Shown piece after piece: positions 29,533 to 39,608 of a stretch of 64,000 nucleotides of DNA. The DNA comes from Fimbriimonadales bacterium (GTDB lineage: Bacteria; Armatimonadota; Fimbriimonadia; Fimbriimonadales; ATM1). Position 1 is the first letter of the stretch. The number at the start of each line of letters is the position of its first letter. The stretch spans positions 160,001-224,000 of the forward strand of contig JBPCLO010000026.1 of the NCBI GenBank assembly GCA_051003155.1, in the 5' to 3' direction. A program made the position numbers and the translations under genes. Below the pieces are notes generated by a model, which was not told the DNA's origin, made no database searches, and saw only the letters and a program-made list of their open reading frames with translations.

Positions 29533-30306
29533 ATGAAAAAGGGCTTTCTTGTTAGTTTGGTATTTGCATCCGTGGCCGGCGCGCAAGCCGGCGTCGGGCC
29601 CACGAGCGAATACTATTTGACCGCGGGCGACCAGGGCATGCTCTGGGTCGTTCAAGGCGGCGCCGTCAACCGCTCTTGGGTTGGCGCAACCGGCGGTGAG
29701 TATCCGATCGCGGTGGGGAATGAGGTCCGAACCCTGGCCGTTGGGTCACAGGGCGCAGAGTACACGCTCGGAGGCGTCGACACGGGCGCGCGCTACGCCT
29801 TTCCAACGGGGATCGGAAGCGCCTGGGATGGTACGACCGACCTGAACGACAACTACCTGGTGGACTGGAGCAACGGTGGAGTCTGGCGTACCGACCGCGA
29901 CTGGTCGAATCCTTCCCTGCTGTTCGCTCTTGGTGGCTTCGGCGAGCGCCTCGGCATCACGTATGACTTTTCGGACAACACACTCTGGGTGTCGGGTTGG
30001 GATCTCGACGTTGTCGAGCACTTCGGCATGGACGGGACCCTGCTGGGCTCGTTTGCACCAGGGTTCACGTCGATCACGAGCTTGGCGCTCGACCATGCGG
30101 ACGGCACGCTATGGATGGGCACGCAGGGCCAGTTGGGCACGTTCTTCCAGTTCGCGAAGGATGGAACCCCCCTCGGGTCGACCACCATCGCTGAGCTCGC
30201 TACCCAGAACACGTTGGGTGGTGAGTTCCAGGCGGTGCCCGAGCCGGCGAGCATCATCGCCCTCGGCGTAGGCCTCCTCCTTCTCGCGAGGCGTCGGTCA
30301 CGATAG
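29533..30306 (+). CDS. PEP-CTERM protein (beta-propeller-like)
   Basis: Signal peptide, VPEPASIIALGVGLLLLARRRSR. Confidence 0.92.
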   Translation: MKKGFLVSLVFASVAGAQAGVGPTSEYYLTAGDQGMLWVVQGGAVNRSWVGATGGEYPIAVGNEVRTLAVGSQGAEYTLGGVDTGARYAFPTGIGSAWDGTTDLNDNYLVDWSNGGVWRTDRDWSNPSLLFALGGFGERLGITYDFSDNTLWVSGWDLDVVEHFGMDGTLLGSFAPGFTSITSLALDHADGTLWMGTQGQLGTFFQFAKDGTPLGSTTIAELATQNTLGGEFQAVPEPASIIALGVGLLLLARRRSR

Positions 30307-30453
30307 CTCTCTGTATGGGAATCGCCGGTTACCTCTTTCGATAGTACGCATATCGAGCCCGGGGTCGGCGATTCCCGCAGTTTCGATTCCTGCGCACAGG
30401 TTTCGGGCAACCGGTCGTTCGCGCCTGTCGTTTCCCAGGAAACCAGAAAACGC

Positions 30454-30547
30454 GCCAACATGACGGTGCTGGTGTGCCTTCCGGTCTTCAAACCGGTGTG
30501 ACTCGCTTGCGGGTTCCGGTGGGTTCGATTCCCACACGCTCCCGCCA
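30454..30547 (+). tRNA. selC: tRNA-Sec (TCA), degenerate or pseudo
   Basis: CCGGT-CTTCAA-ACCGG anticodon arm, long variable arm, GTGGG-TTCGATT-CCCAC T arm, G-CCA end; 5' acceptor strand pairs only 4/8 and the anticodon loop is one A short. Confidence 0.8.
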
Positions 30548-30643
30548 TTTCAGCCCTCGTAAGAGGGAGGCGGCGAGCTGTGTTGGGAACCTGCTTGTGA
30601 GAGGGTCTTTGTGTTAAGCGCCTCCCGGAAACGCAGCGCCTGT

Positions 30644-31045
30644 TTAGGGAGCCCTATCGTCCTCCTCTTCTGGTGGGAACGTTATGGGTGCGAACACAAT
30701 GGACGGGTAGTTAGGAGGAGCAGCATTCTCGTCGACGTCGTGAACTTCCTTCCACTTGCAGCGGGTCTTCAGCCAGAAGAACGTTGCTGCCGGGCACTTG
30801 CCGGACGTTGCCATTTCGAACAAGGCTACCTTTACGGCCGCATGCGCCTTGACCTGGCCCGCCGCGAGTTCTTCCTTGTAGTACTTGCGAAGCGAGTTCC
30901 GCGCCATACCGACAGCCTTGGCAATGTCGGCCTCCGTGTCACCGCAAGCCGCCATAACCTCCACAACACGCCGCATCTCGTCCGTCGGAGTGATCATCAT
31001 GCCTTGGCCGTTAAGCGAGGGGCGCCCGGGGCTGTCAGTTCGCAC
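30644..31045 (-). CDS. Phage HTH protein, terminase small subunit-like
   Basis: PTDEMRRVV...IAKAVGMARNSLRKYYKEEL...LFEMA...ATFFWLKTR; start uncertain. Confidence 0.7.
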   Translation of the reverse strand: MRTDSPGRPSLNGQGMMITPTDEMRRVVEVMAACGDTEADIAKAVGMARNSLRKYYKEELAAGQVKAHAAVKVALFEMATSGKCPAATFFWLKTRCKWKEVHDVDENAAPPNYPSIVFAPITFPPEEEDDRAP

Positions 31046-31214
31046 GCGTTGATCGGTTGATAGATCGCCGTCCGAGCCACCAGAGAGAACACCCGCGACG
31101 TCTTCGATTCTAGAGAACGCCTTCTGTGCCGTCTTTCCTTTGAACCGTCCACCCGTACGCGCCGCCGATTCGGTGTATTCGTTGCCGTTCGTGGTTCGCT
31201 TACCGGGTACCAAT

Positions 31215-31925
31215 ATGCGTAGTATTACAATGTCACCTCAAGACCGAAAGAAGTTGCTCGAACTAGGCCAGGGTTACTTCCGTGGAGCCGATAACGATGA
31301 TCTTCGCAGCTTCATGGACGCCGTAATCTCCGCGGGGGAGCGCCCAAAATCCGCAAACACTAAGATAGGATCGGGAGCCCCGAACTATGCCTCCTTCTCC
31401 GCAGCCTTTCAGGTCCTCGGCTTCCATGAGCCCATCCTCGTCAGGCAAGAGGGTGGGCGAATCATCGTAGACGCTAGTCCCGAAGTGAGCCCCAATGAGG
31501 TCATGAAAGTTTACGCTGCGGCACGGCAGTCGATCCGCGGCAAGGGCAGGGGTATATCCCTCAAACAACTAACCCTAGGACTGGCCTGCCTATATCTGCA
31601 ACCACGATACAGAGAGCTTCTGGAAACAGCGAGGAAGACTGATACCGGAACGCCTAACACGGAACTAGATCATGGCCGACGCGATCAGTTGAAACGGATG
31701 GGTTTCTGGCGGTGGTGTCGTTTGTTCTGGAACAACTATTGTCTCTGGAATGAACAACTGGCCTATCTCTACAGGGGTCGTAAGGAGAGCTGCCAAGAGG
31801 CTGTAGGTAGACGGGTCCGCGAGGCCGTCACGGATGAATACGACGCTTATGAAGAACGGGCATCGGGCCGCTTCAAACGCGACGGCCTTCGGGCTATGAA
31901 AGCCGTCCGGCGGATCGCCGGTTAA
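31215..31925 (+). CDS. Hypothetical protein (probable mobile-element remnant)
   Basis: Long ORF divergent from the phage-like gene; start uncertain. Confidence 0.55.
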   Translation: MRSITMSPQDRKKLLELGQGYFRGADNDDLRSFMDAVISAGERPKSANTKIGSGAPNYASFSAAFQVLGFHEPILVRQEGGRIIVDASPEVSPNEVMKVYAAARQSIRGKGRGISLKQLTLGLACLYLQPRYRELLETARKTDTGTPNTELDHGRRDQLKRMGFWRWCRLFWNNYCLWNEQLAYLYRGRKESCQEAVGRRVREAVTDEYDAYEERASGRFKRDGLRAMKAVRRIAG

Positions 31926-32238
31926 AGGGCCCACGTCCACAAACGGGCCGGATCGATCCGCGCTGCGCGATTCGTGCCCCTTTTATAGTGTTCAAGGTGC
32001 TCCGCCCGCCGAGCAAATGTTCTCAATAGGGGTCGCCCACCCATAGGTTCCCGAGATCCCCGATGACCCCCGGAAACGGGAGGAAAGCGAAAAGCACGAC
32101 AAGCCTCTACCGGATCCTGACCCGCCGGAGACCGATGAGAACGAATACGATCCTTTCGTCGGCCCGGCAAGTTAAATTATGCGGTTCCAAGCATCGATCC
32201 TTATCTTTCGGCGGTTGTAACCAACTCCTACTCTTTAC

Positions 32239-32616
32239 CTAATCTAAAATTGCCTTATATGCATCGGCGTCGAGCAAGCCCTCGGGTTCACCTTCGACGC
32301 GCAGCTTCACCAGCCAACCTTTCCCGTACGGGTCCTGGTTGAGGAGTTCGCTCGTGCCCTCGAGGTCGCCGTTCGATTCCAAAACCTCCCCCGCCACGGG
32401 CGAATAGATATCGGAAACCGTCTTGACCGACTCGACCGTGCCGAAACCGTCTCCCGCCTTCAACATTCTTCCGGGTGACGGCAGGTCCACATAAACGATG
32501 TCGCCCAATTCGGACTGGGCGTAGTCGGTGATTCCGATCGTGGCGGTATCGCCTTCGATCTTCACCCATTCGTGGCTGTTCGTGTATTTAAGGTCGGCAG
32601 GTATATTCAACGGCAA
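32239..32616 (-). CDS. gcvH: Glycine cleavage system H protein
   Basis: HEWV, GITDYAQSELGDIVYV, VESVKTVSDIYSP, DPYGKGW. Confidence 0.97.
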   Translation of the reverse strand: MPLNIPADLKYTNSHEWVKIEGDTATIGITDYAQSELGDIVYVDLPSPGRMLKAGDGFGTVESVKTVSDIYSPVAGEVLESNGDLEGTSELLNQDPYGKGWLVKLRVEGEPEGLLDADAYKAILD

Positions 32617-32694
32617 CTCTCCTCGAAGCTACGGATTCGCCATTTTAGCACCCTATCGAATGGGCGCGGCGTCTGACAGAATAGGAGGTGGACC

Positions 32695-33165
32695 ATGGCT
32701 AATTTATGTAACTCTTGGGCGCCGATGCCCTTGCGGCTAATGCTCGGGGGCGCGTTCATGTATCACGGGTTCCCGAAGCTGTTCGACGCGGCTCAGCATG
32801 CGGGCTTCGAGAAGCAACTCGCGAGCCTGAAGGTTCCGATGCCCGAGATCATGGCCTGGGTTGTGGGGATCGTCGAGTTCTTCGGCGGCGCGGCTCTGAT
32901 CTTGGGAGCGTTGGTCAGCCTCGCCTCCCTCGCGCTCATCGTCAACATGATGTTTGCGATGTTCAAGGTCCACTGGCCAAGCGGCTATGCGTTTGTAAAC
33001 GTGACAGGACAGAACGAGGCCGGGCAGCCGATTTTCGGGATACCAGGGTTCGAAGTAAACCTTATCTTTATCGCCGGGCTCCTGGCGCTGCTGATCGGAG
33101 GCGCCGGACGTGCCTCGATCGACTGCATGGTCGGCGGGAAGAAGAAGGACGCTGCTAGTCCTTAA
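32695..33165 (+). CDS. DoxX family membrane protein
   Basis: LRLMLG...[22 protein letters not shown]. Confidence 0.9.
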   Translation: MANLCNSWAPMPLRLMLGGAFMYHGFPKLFDAAQHAGFEKQLASLKVPMPEIMAWVVGIVEFFGGAALILGALVSLASLALIVNMMFAMFKVHWPSGYAFVNVTGQNEAGQPIFGIPGFEVNLIFIAGLLALLIGGAGRASIDCMVGGKKKDAASP

Positions 33166-33610
33166 CGACCATCGGTTCGAGGAGCATTTCTTTGGTGTAA
33201 ATGAAATCCTCTCGCTGGTAGTCGGATAGCTCGAAGTCGGTACGGAGCACGATCGCGCCGGTCGGGCAGGCCTCTTCGCAGAACCCGCAGAAGATGCAGC
33301 GGAGCATGTTGATCTCGTAGCGCGCGGCGTAGCGCTCGCCGGGGCTGAAGCGCTTTTCGTCGGTATTCTCGGCCGCCTCGACGTAAATGCATCGCGCCGG
33401 ACATGCGCCCGCGCAGAGCGAGCAGCCAATGCACTTTTCGAGGCCGTTATCGTAGCGGGCTAAAACGTGACGCCACCGAGTGCGCGGATACTGCTCGCGC
33501 TTCTGCTCGGGGTACATGACCGTGGCTTTGTCGCGCTTGAGGCGCCGCGCAGTGATTGCGAGGCCGGAAAGAATCGGCCTGACGACGTCCCGGAAAATTT
33601 CCCCGGACAT
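33155..33610 (-). CDS. nuoI: NADH-quinone oxidoreductase subunit I
   Basis: [13 protein letters not shown] and [13 protein letters not shown]. Confidence 0.95.
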   Translation of the reverse strand: MSGEIFRDVVRPILSGLAITARRLKRDKATVMYPEQKREQYPRTRWRHVLARYDNGLEKCIGCSLCAGACPARCIYVEAAENTDEKRFSPGERYAARYEINMLRCIFCGFCEEACPTGAIVLRTDFELSDYQREDFIYTKEMLLEPMVVKD

Positions 33611-33611
33611 C

Positions 33612-34175
33612 CTAAGCTGTCACCTGCTCCTGCTCGCGCGGCTTGAGCTCGATAACTTTGTTGAACTTGCGGTTGCGGATCTTTTCTTGAAGCTTTAAGA
33701 GTCCGTAAAGAAGCGCTTCCGGCGATGGCGGACAGCCCGGGACATACACGTCGACCGGAACCACCTGGTCCACGCCTTGCACGATCGCGTAGTTATTGTA
33801 GACGCCCCCGCTGCTAGCGCAGGCGCCCATGCTGATCACCCATTTGGGCTCGGGCATTTGGTCGTAGATCTGCCTTAGGACCGGGGCCATCTTCTTGCTA
33901 ACACGGCCGGCCACGATCATGACGTCCGCCTGCCTTGGGGTGGCTCGAAAGGCTTCGCTGCCGAAACGAGAGATGTCGAATCGGGAGGCGACCGTGCTCA
34001 TCATCTCGATAGCGCAGCAGGCCAGGCCGAAAGTCAGCGGCCAAAGCGCGTTGCTCCGCGCCCAGTTGAGGAGGTCGTCCTTTGCCGCGACCAGCACGCT
34101 TCCGCCCTTCTCGATCCCGCCGATAACCGGGGTCGCGCTGTCGTGCATGATGATTTCTTCGATTCGCCGTGGCAT
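33612..34175 (-). CDS. nuoB: NADH-quinone oxidoreductase subunit B
   Basis: [26 protein letters not shown]; start set at ATG 34175. Confidence 0.96.
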   Translation of the reverse strand: MPRRIEEIIMHDSATPVIGGIEKGGSVLVAAKDDLLNWARSNALWPLTFGLACCAIEMMSTVASRFDISRFGSEAFRATPRQADVMIVAGRVSKKMAPVLRQIYDQMPEPKWVISMGACASSGGVYNNYAIVQGVDQVVPVDVYVPGCPPSPEALLYGLLKLQEKIRNRKFNKVIELKPREQEQVTA

Positions 34176-34270
34176 CGTTCGAAGGATACCTCTTAGACTG
34201 TAGCCTGGAGCGCAAGAAGATCCTCTAGCGCAGAGGGCGCCGAATCGATGATTCTGATACACAATGTCGA

Positions 34271-35113
34271 ATGCTTTCCGGCGCATTTACCGCCATCGTC
34301 ACGCCATTTGCAGAAGACGGCTCGATTGACTACCCGGCTTTCGCCCGCTTGCTCGCATGGCACGAGTCGGAAGGCATAAACGGCGTCGTAGTGGCCGGCA
34401 CGAATGGCGAAGGGCCGAGCCTGTCGGCGCCCGAGAAGCGCGACCTCGTGGCGTTCGCCGTGCAGCATGGCAGCAGCTTGAAGGTCGTCGCCGGTCTCGG
34501 AACCTGCGCGATCACCGAGGCGATATGGCTATCGAACCAGGCACAGAAGGCGGGCGCGGTGGCGTCACTGGCCCTGCCGCCGTTCTACTTCCGTCCGGCC
34601 CTCGAAGACGGCATCGCGGCATGGTTCGACAGCTTGCTCTCCGCGTCGGACTTGCCGTGCATCCTTTACAACTTCCCGCAAACCACCGGCTTCACATTTA
34701 CGCCTGAGCTGCTCGATCGATTGTTCGCCTATGAGCACGTAATCGGAGTTAAAGACAGCTCAGGTGACGAGTCGCTGCTGCAACAATATCTGAAGATGGG
34801 CCGAAGCGTCTTCGTTGGCAACGAAAAGCTGATATCCAAATGTTTGGAAGGCGGCGGGAGTGGGACGATCAGCGGCCTTGCCAACAGCTTTCCTCGTCTC
34901 ATTTCGCGACTGGTGCACGAAGGAGGCGAGGTCTTGCAGCAGCTTGTCGACGAAGCGGTCGCCAACGTGAAATGCCATCCGCAGCCGGCTGTGCACAAGT
35001 GGGTCCTCGACCTAAAGGGTCTGCCTGGCGGCTGCGCGAGGGCGCCGTTGCAGGAGCTGCCCGCAGAAGCCAAGCAATCGGTCAGATACTTCACCGAACG
35101 CTTCGGTTTCTGA
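34271..35113 (+). CDS. Dihydrodipicolinate synthase family protein
   Basis: AIVTPF, GTNGEG, LYNFP, GVKDSSG. Confidence 0.9.
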   Translation: MLSGAFTAIVTPFAEDGSIDYPAFARLLAWHESEGINGVVVAGTNGEGPSLSAPEKRDLVAFAVQHGSSLKVVAGLGTCAITEAIWLSNQAQKAGAVASLALPPFYFRPALEDGIAAWFDSLLSASDLPCILYNFPQTTGFTFTPELLDRLFAYEHVIGVKDSSGDESLLQQYLKMGRSVFVGNEKLISKCLEGGGSGTISGLANSFPRLISRLVHEGGEVLQQLVDEAVANVKCHPQPAVHKWVLDLKGLPGGCARAPLQELPAEAKQSVRYFTERFGF

Positions 35114-35125
35114 AATCCACTAGCG

Positions 35126-35621
35126 CTAAGGTCGCCGTTTCGGGGGCATCAGCAAGGGGTCCTCCCTGATGCCTTGGATAATACTATCTCGCGGGAATAG
35201 GGCCTTGACCAGGCTCGTGCAACTGTGGCCGCGCGACGTCGAAGCTGTGCACCTTGCCCACGCCGAGCCCCACCTCTCTAGGATGCATGAGCAGGATGCT
35301 GCACTCGAAGCACAGCTCCAAATCCGCATCCGCACCACCTTTGCCTTCGAAGCGGATCAAGACGCCAGGGTTAGGAATGCAATCCAGGAGCTCATCCGGC
35401 TCGTAAGTATTCGAGTCTTGGAGCAGCGACCGCACCTCCAGCACCTGCTCCGGGGTTAGATCGACACCTTTGGAAATGATCTGGCCCGTCCGTAGCCTGT
35501 AGGCAGTCGCGCTCTTTGCGGCCCCCATTCTGTCCCACGAGTCGGGAAACTTCGACGCGATATCTTCCTTTGCGCAACCGGCTAGTGCTAGGCCCAAGAC
35601 GATGCACGTCCATTCCTTCAT
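35126..35621 (-). CDS. Lipoprotein with probable frameshift near 35212
   Basis: LAGC lipobox, CIPNPG, LCFEC; an amphipathic tail LVKALFPRDSIIQGI continues in another frame. Confidence 0.6.
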
Positions 35622-36749
35622 CTACTTTGCCTCCACCGGTATCCCACCGACTGCGCCGACGGCGAAGACGTGGTCGTCCTTGTTCACTTTCACGACTGTC
35701 GCTTCTGACCCTTCGCCCACGGCTATGCTCTCCTCCCACACCGGGCTTGTTGTCCGTCTCCAATAGACGACGTATGAAGCGCCGGGCTGGCCCTTCCACC
35801 GAACCGTCGTGTCGTGCCCCTGCCGGCGATCGATCTCCAAATCCGTGGGCGGCGTGCCGGCGTTCGCGAGAGCCGAAAGGACTTGCAGATTCACCCTGGC
35901 GACGTTGGCCAGATAGGAAAAGTCCATGTGCTCCGGCAAGTCGTCCGCCGTGTGCTGGCGAGTGTACTCCTCGTGGACTTCCACGAAACGCACACCCGCG
36001 AAGCCTTCGTCGTTGAACGGCGAGTGGTCGCCGCCGCGGCCGAAGCGGTCCTTGCGGAACACGAGTTTCACACCGAATTTGCCGTCGCGCACTAGCCAGG
36101 CGATGAACCGAGCCAACTCCCGGCTATCGTGGGTTTCACTGAGTTCGCTAAAAACCCGAGCCTGCTTGTCGTCCTTCTGGCCGTTCTTGTTCGAGGACGA
36201 GCCAACGGTGTCGTTGCTCACCACCGCGTCGATCTTCCAGCCCTCGGCCTTAGCCTTCTTGGCCATTGCTCGCGAGCCATGCAGGCCCTGCTCCTCGCCG
36301 GTCCAGCCAACAAACTTGATCGTGTGCTTCCATTTGCTCTCGGCCATGGCGCGCGCGACCTCCAAGGCCAGAGCCGTACCGCTCGCGTCGTCGTTCGCTC
36401 CGGGAGCGCGTGCGTCGATTCCTCCTTGCAGGTTCAGCGAGTCCATATGTCCGCCCACGATTAGGATGCGATCGTCCTCGCCGGGCAGCGTCGCGATCAC
36501 CTGGACGATCTCCTTCTCCTCGGGGATTCGGCGGCCCTTCGGCAGCGTGTACTTCATCAGTTCGACCTGGAGGCCCGCGATCTTGCGATATTCACCGGCC
36601 AGCCACACCGCCGCGTCGTTCAGGATCGGCGAGAAGGTGTTGCGTGTGTGAAAAGACGAGAGCTTCTCGACGGCTGACTCCAGGCGCCCCGGATCGATCG
36701 TGTCTTGCACGTTCGGAAGGTTTACCATCGCAACCAGTATCGCAAACAC
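35622..36749 (-). CDS. M28 family metallopeptidase
   Basis: GHMDS, PGANDDASG, GEEQGLHGS, GGDHSPF. Confidence 0.92.
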   Translation of the reverse strand: MFAILVAMVNLPNVQDTIDPGRLESAVEKLSSFHTRNTFSPILNDAAVWLAGEYRKIAGLQVELMKYTLPKGRRIPEEKEIVQVIATLPGEDDRILIVGGHMDSLNLQGGIDARAPGANDDASGTALALEVARAMAESKWKHTIKFVGWTGEEQGLHGSRAMAKKAKAEGWKIDAVVSNDTVGSSSNKNGQKDDKQARVFSELSETHDSRELARFIAWLVRDGKFGVKLVFRKDRFGRGGDHSPFNDEGFAGVRFVEVHEEYTRQHTADDLPEHMDFSYLANVARVNLQVLSALANAGTPPTDLEIDRRQGHDTTVRWKGQPGASYVVYWRRTTSPVWEESIAVGEGSEATVVKVNKDDHVFAVGAVGGIPVEAK

Positions 36750-36755
36750 AGAACG

Positions 36756-38492
36756 CTAGGGCATCACCGTCCACTGCACCTGATCGATGGCCGCTGTCAG
36801 CGTGGGCACCGACGGGGAGCCGTTACCCCGCCAGCGGGAGCGAGAACGCACTTTGCGCGTTCCATTCTGGATATAGTGAAGGCTGCTGCCGGTGACGTCT
36901 GTTGAGATTATTTCGTCACTCACAGATGAAGAGTCCACTGCAACCACGTCCCATCTGGCCGTGGTCCAATTCCAAAGGTCGATGGTATGAGTGAAGCCAG
37001 CCACATTGGTGCGGCTCTCCACCCTGTACACGAGCGACGACGGATTCTGTTGGGGAGCGGTGGAATCGAAGACCACGATGACCGCGTCACCAATGCTCGC
37101 GAGCAAGTGGACGCTGTCGACAGACAGCCGAACGTCATCGCTCTTGAACAGAGTCGTGATGCTCCCGCCACCTTCTCCTCGCATGATCTTGTACGATGCG
37201 GGGACGACGTCGGGGTCTATGACTATGTTTGTGAAGATGTCAGGATCGCCGTTCTGAGTCGACAGGTAGTAGGGATAAGCTCGGTTGCCACCGAACGCCA
37301 ACGCGTTATAATCTCCCAAGAACTGTTGGGAGCGGTTCAATCCGTCGTTTCCGCTGCTCCACGGACTAGAGGTCAAGCGATACTCCGTCCACGTGTCTCC
37401 GCCGTCGTCGCTGAACGAGTAGTAGTTATCGTAGAAACCGTTAACGTTGGTGTCGTTCTGAACGGTATTCCGGCCGTCGAACCAGGTGTTATGGATTCGG
37501 CTCTTATAGTCGACTTCGATCCACGGGAAGAACTGATCTCCCGGAGGATCGGTGTCGGCATTGATCACCGCCGGGGTGCTCCACGTGACGCCTTCGTTCG
37601 TCGACTTGACCATATACAGATTCAGGTTTCGGTTGCCGTTTACGATATTCGTCGTGTCGAAATAGGCGATGTAGATGTGCCCCGTGTTGGGATCGACGGC
37701 GATTGCGTTCATGGGCGGCTTGCGGAAGTTGCCGGGGCCTCGGGAGCCGTCCTGTGTGCCCCATGTATCCAAGCGCGTAGCGGCCCGAACGGCGGCAGCG
37801 AACGATACGCCACCATTGGTGCTCTTGCGGAACATAACGCCCGTGCCGAAGTCCCAATAGGTAACGTAGACGTTGCCGTTTGGCGCAACCTTGGGGTTGA
37901 ATCCGATCCCGCTGCCGAGATTAACGGGTGTGCTCCACGTTTGCCCCATGTCGCTGGAGCGCAGACATCCTTCGTTGTAAGTCACGTAGAGGTTGGTAGC
38001 GTTGGGGTTGCCTGGCAAGGGGCCAGCCGCCATCCAACACTTGTCGGCCCCGCTCGAAACCCGGGCCATCACGGATGGCTGGAATGTTTTTGCGCCCGGA
38101 TCTTTTCGCGCAACAAAAACGCCTCCACCGCCCCGAAATGATATCGCCCCTACCCACAGCGTCCCGGTCCTAGCGTCGAAGGCCGTCATTGGGTCGCCTT
38201 CGACACTGCTTTCGAAGTTAACTGGAGGTCGAACCCAAAAATCGGTCCAGGTCAATCCCGCATCGTTGCTGACCGACACACCCATGCGGATCGTTTCTCC
38301 TCCCGCGCGCCAGTCATTGTAAGTGCCGACGAGTTCGTTGCCCAACGGTCCAAAAGAGGCCGCGGACGTCTCGTTGGCGGCGGCTGTTCCACCGTTCGTG
38401 TCCGTTCTAATCTGGGGGCCGACGATCGGGTCCGTGGCTTTCGCCGCTATGGCGAGGCCAATGATTCCTACAGTCAATGTTCCATATTTCAT
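36756..38492 (-). CDS. Secreted sialidase-fold/BNR-repeat protein with C-terminal beta domain
   Basis: SxDxGxTW Asp-boxes, DKCWM, DQFFPW, FLGDY; GAGGAG SD. Confidence 0.82.
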   Translation of the reverse strand: MKYGTLTVGIIGLAIAAKATDPIVGPQIRTDTNGGTAAANETSAASFGPLGNELVGTYNDWRAGGETIRMGVSVSNDAGLTWTDFWVRPPVNFESSVEGDPMTAFDARTGTLWVGAISFRGGGGVFVARKDPGAKTFQPSVMARVSSGADKCWMAAGPLPGNPNATNLYVTYNEGCLRSSDMGQTWSTPVNLGSGIGFNPKVAPNGNVYVTYWDFGTGVMFRKSTNGGVSFAAAVRAATRLDTWGTQDGSRGPGNFRKPPMNAIAVDPNTGHIYIAYFDTTNIVNGNRNLNLYMVKSTNEGVTWSTPAVINADTDPPGDQFFPWIEVDYKSRIHNTWFDGRNTVQNDTNVNGFYDNYYSFSDDGGDTWTEYRLTSSPWSSGNDGLNRSQQFLGDYNALAFGGNRAYPYYLSTQNGDPDIFTNIVIDPDVVPASYKIMRGEGGGSITTLFKSDDVRLSVDSVHLLASIGDAVIVVFDSTAPQQNPSSLVYRVESRTNVAGFTHTIDLWNWTTARWDVVAVDSSSVSDEIISTDVTGSSLHYIQNGTRKVRSRSRWRGNGSPSVPTLTAAIDQVQWTVMP

Positions 38493-38505
38493 TACGGTTC
38501 TCTCC

Positions 38506-39213
38506 TCAGTTTTGCGGCGGCCGTTGAGGCTCGCGCATCTTCGACTCAAGCAGCTCTCGGAACTGGGGCGGAACCGGCTTGCCTAGGTCTTCGCTGACAT
38601 GGACATACTTCCAGGCCGGCGCGAAGTCATTTCTGTAGTAATAGGCGATGGCCAAACGGCTTTCGGTCTCCTTGTAGCCGGGGCTGCCCTTCGCAATTCC
38701 GCTTAGCATTGCGATCTGTTGCGCAAAGTCATCGTCTCCCTGATAGATTTGAGCCAAAAGGTATCGAGACTCGATCAAGCTGGTGTCCTTGTCCAATCCT
38801 GTGATAAGGGCTGCCTTCATTTTTTCAGTCTCGCCCTTGGTGTGCAAGGCTCTGGCGAGTCCCTCGTAGGCTTTGGGCGAAGTCGCGTCCATGATGATCG
38901 CCTTCGCGAAACGGGCGAGCGCACCAATGCTGTCGTTTTGCTCGAGCAGGGCGTTAGCATTCGCAAGCTCGGCGTCGGATTCTGCGCGCGTGCCCGGTTG
39001 GGCGATCGAGGCCGAAGTGCTTGGATCGACCTGCACGCGCTCGTTAACGAAAGTGAGTCCAATGAGCGCCTTCCTGAGGCGTTCTCGCTTGTAATTCTCG
39101 GACGGGCCGAGCTGGCCAGTTTGATTTGAATCGGAGCTTTGCTTTGCCCCTCGTAGGGCGTCTGCCTGACCGCACCCGAACGAGGCGAGGGCCGCGAGCA
39201 AAAGCGCGGTCAT
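38506..39213 (-). CDS. TPR-repeat lipoprotein
   Basis: SFGC lipobox-like site, TPR-like helices. Confidence 0.7.
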   Translation of the reverse strand: MTALLLAALASFGCGQADALRGAKQSSDSNQTGQLGPSENYKRERLRKALIGLTFVNERVQVDPSTSASIAQPGTRAESDAELANANALLEQNDSIGALARFAKAIIMDATSPKAYEGLARALHTKGETEKMKAALITGLDKDTSLIESRYLLAQIYQGDDDFAQQIAMLSGIAKGSPGYKETESRLAIAYYYRNDFAPAWKYVHVSEDLGKPVPPQFRELLESKMREPQRPPQN

Positions 39214-39608
39214 TGAGTACCACTTGTGCAACGTTCTCCTCCCAATAGGGTCACCTGCGTCCACTGTTGCCGCCGGCGACAAAGTTCTTCGGGAAGTCTA
39301 CCACTTCGCCTACCCAAATGAGATAGAACCGCGCGGCGGATTCGACGGAGGGTGTGGCTGTCCCGCCCCCTAGCGAGAGCCAACTGTGAGGGGGCTGGTT
39401 GTATTGTCCCGGCGGCCCTGTCACACCTAAACACACAGTGCGGCTCGGTGGGTTGACGAATGCGGGCCACTTACATCCCAGTGATTCCCGTGATAGCGCA
39501 GCTGCGGCGAGCATTTCCCATTCCGGGTTCGTAGCTGCCGTGGCAATTGCCGCGGGGACAATCAACCCGCGCCCTCACCAAAACCAACTCGAACAGCATC
39601 TTCCGTCT

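Larger units (their letters stand above)
30548..32200. mobile_element. Probable decayed prophage/island at tRNA-Sec
   Basis: Phage-like gene directly 3' of selC-like sequence; no integrase or second att copy seen; right border approximate. Confidence 0.5.

Noticed and set aside
39251..39565. 104-aa ORF downstream of ispH
   Set aside because: No recognisable family or start signal; may be a remnant but cannot be supported
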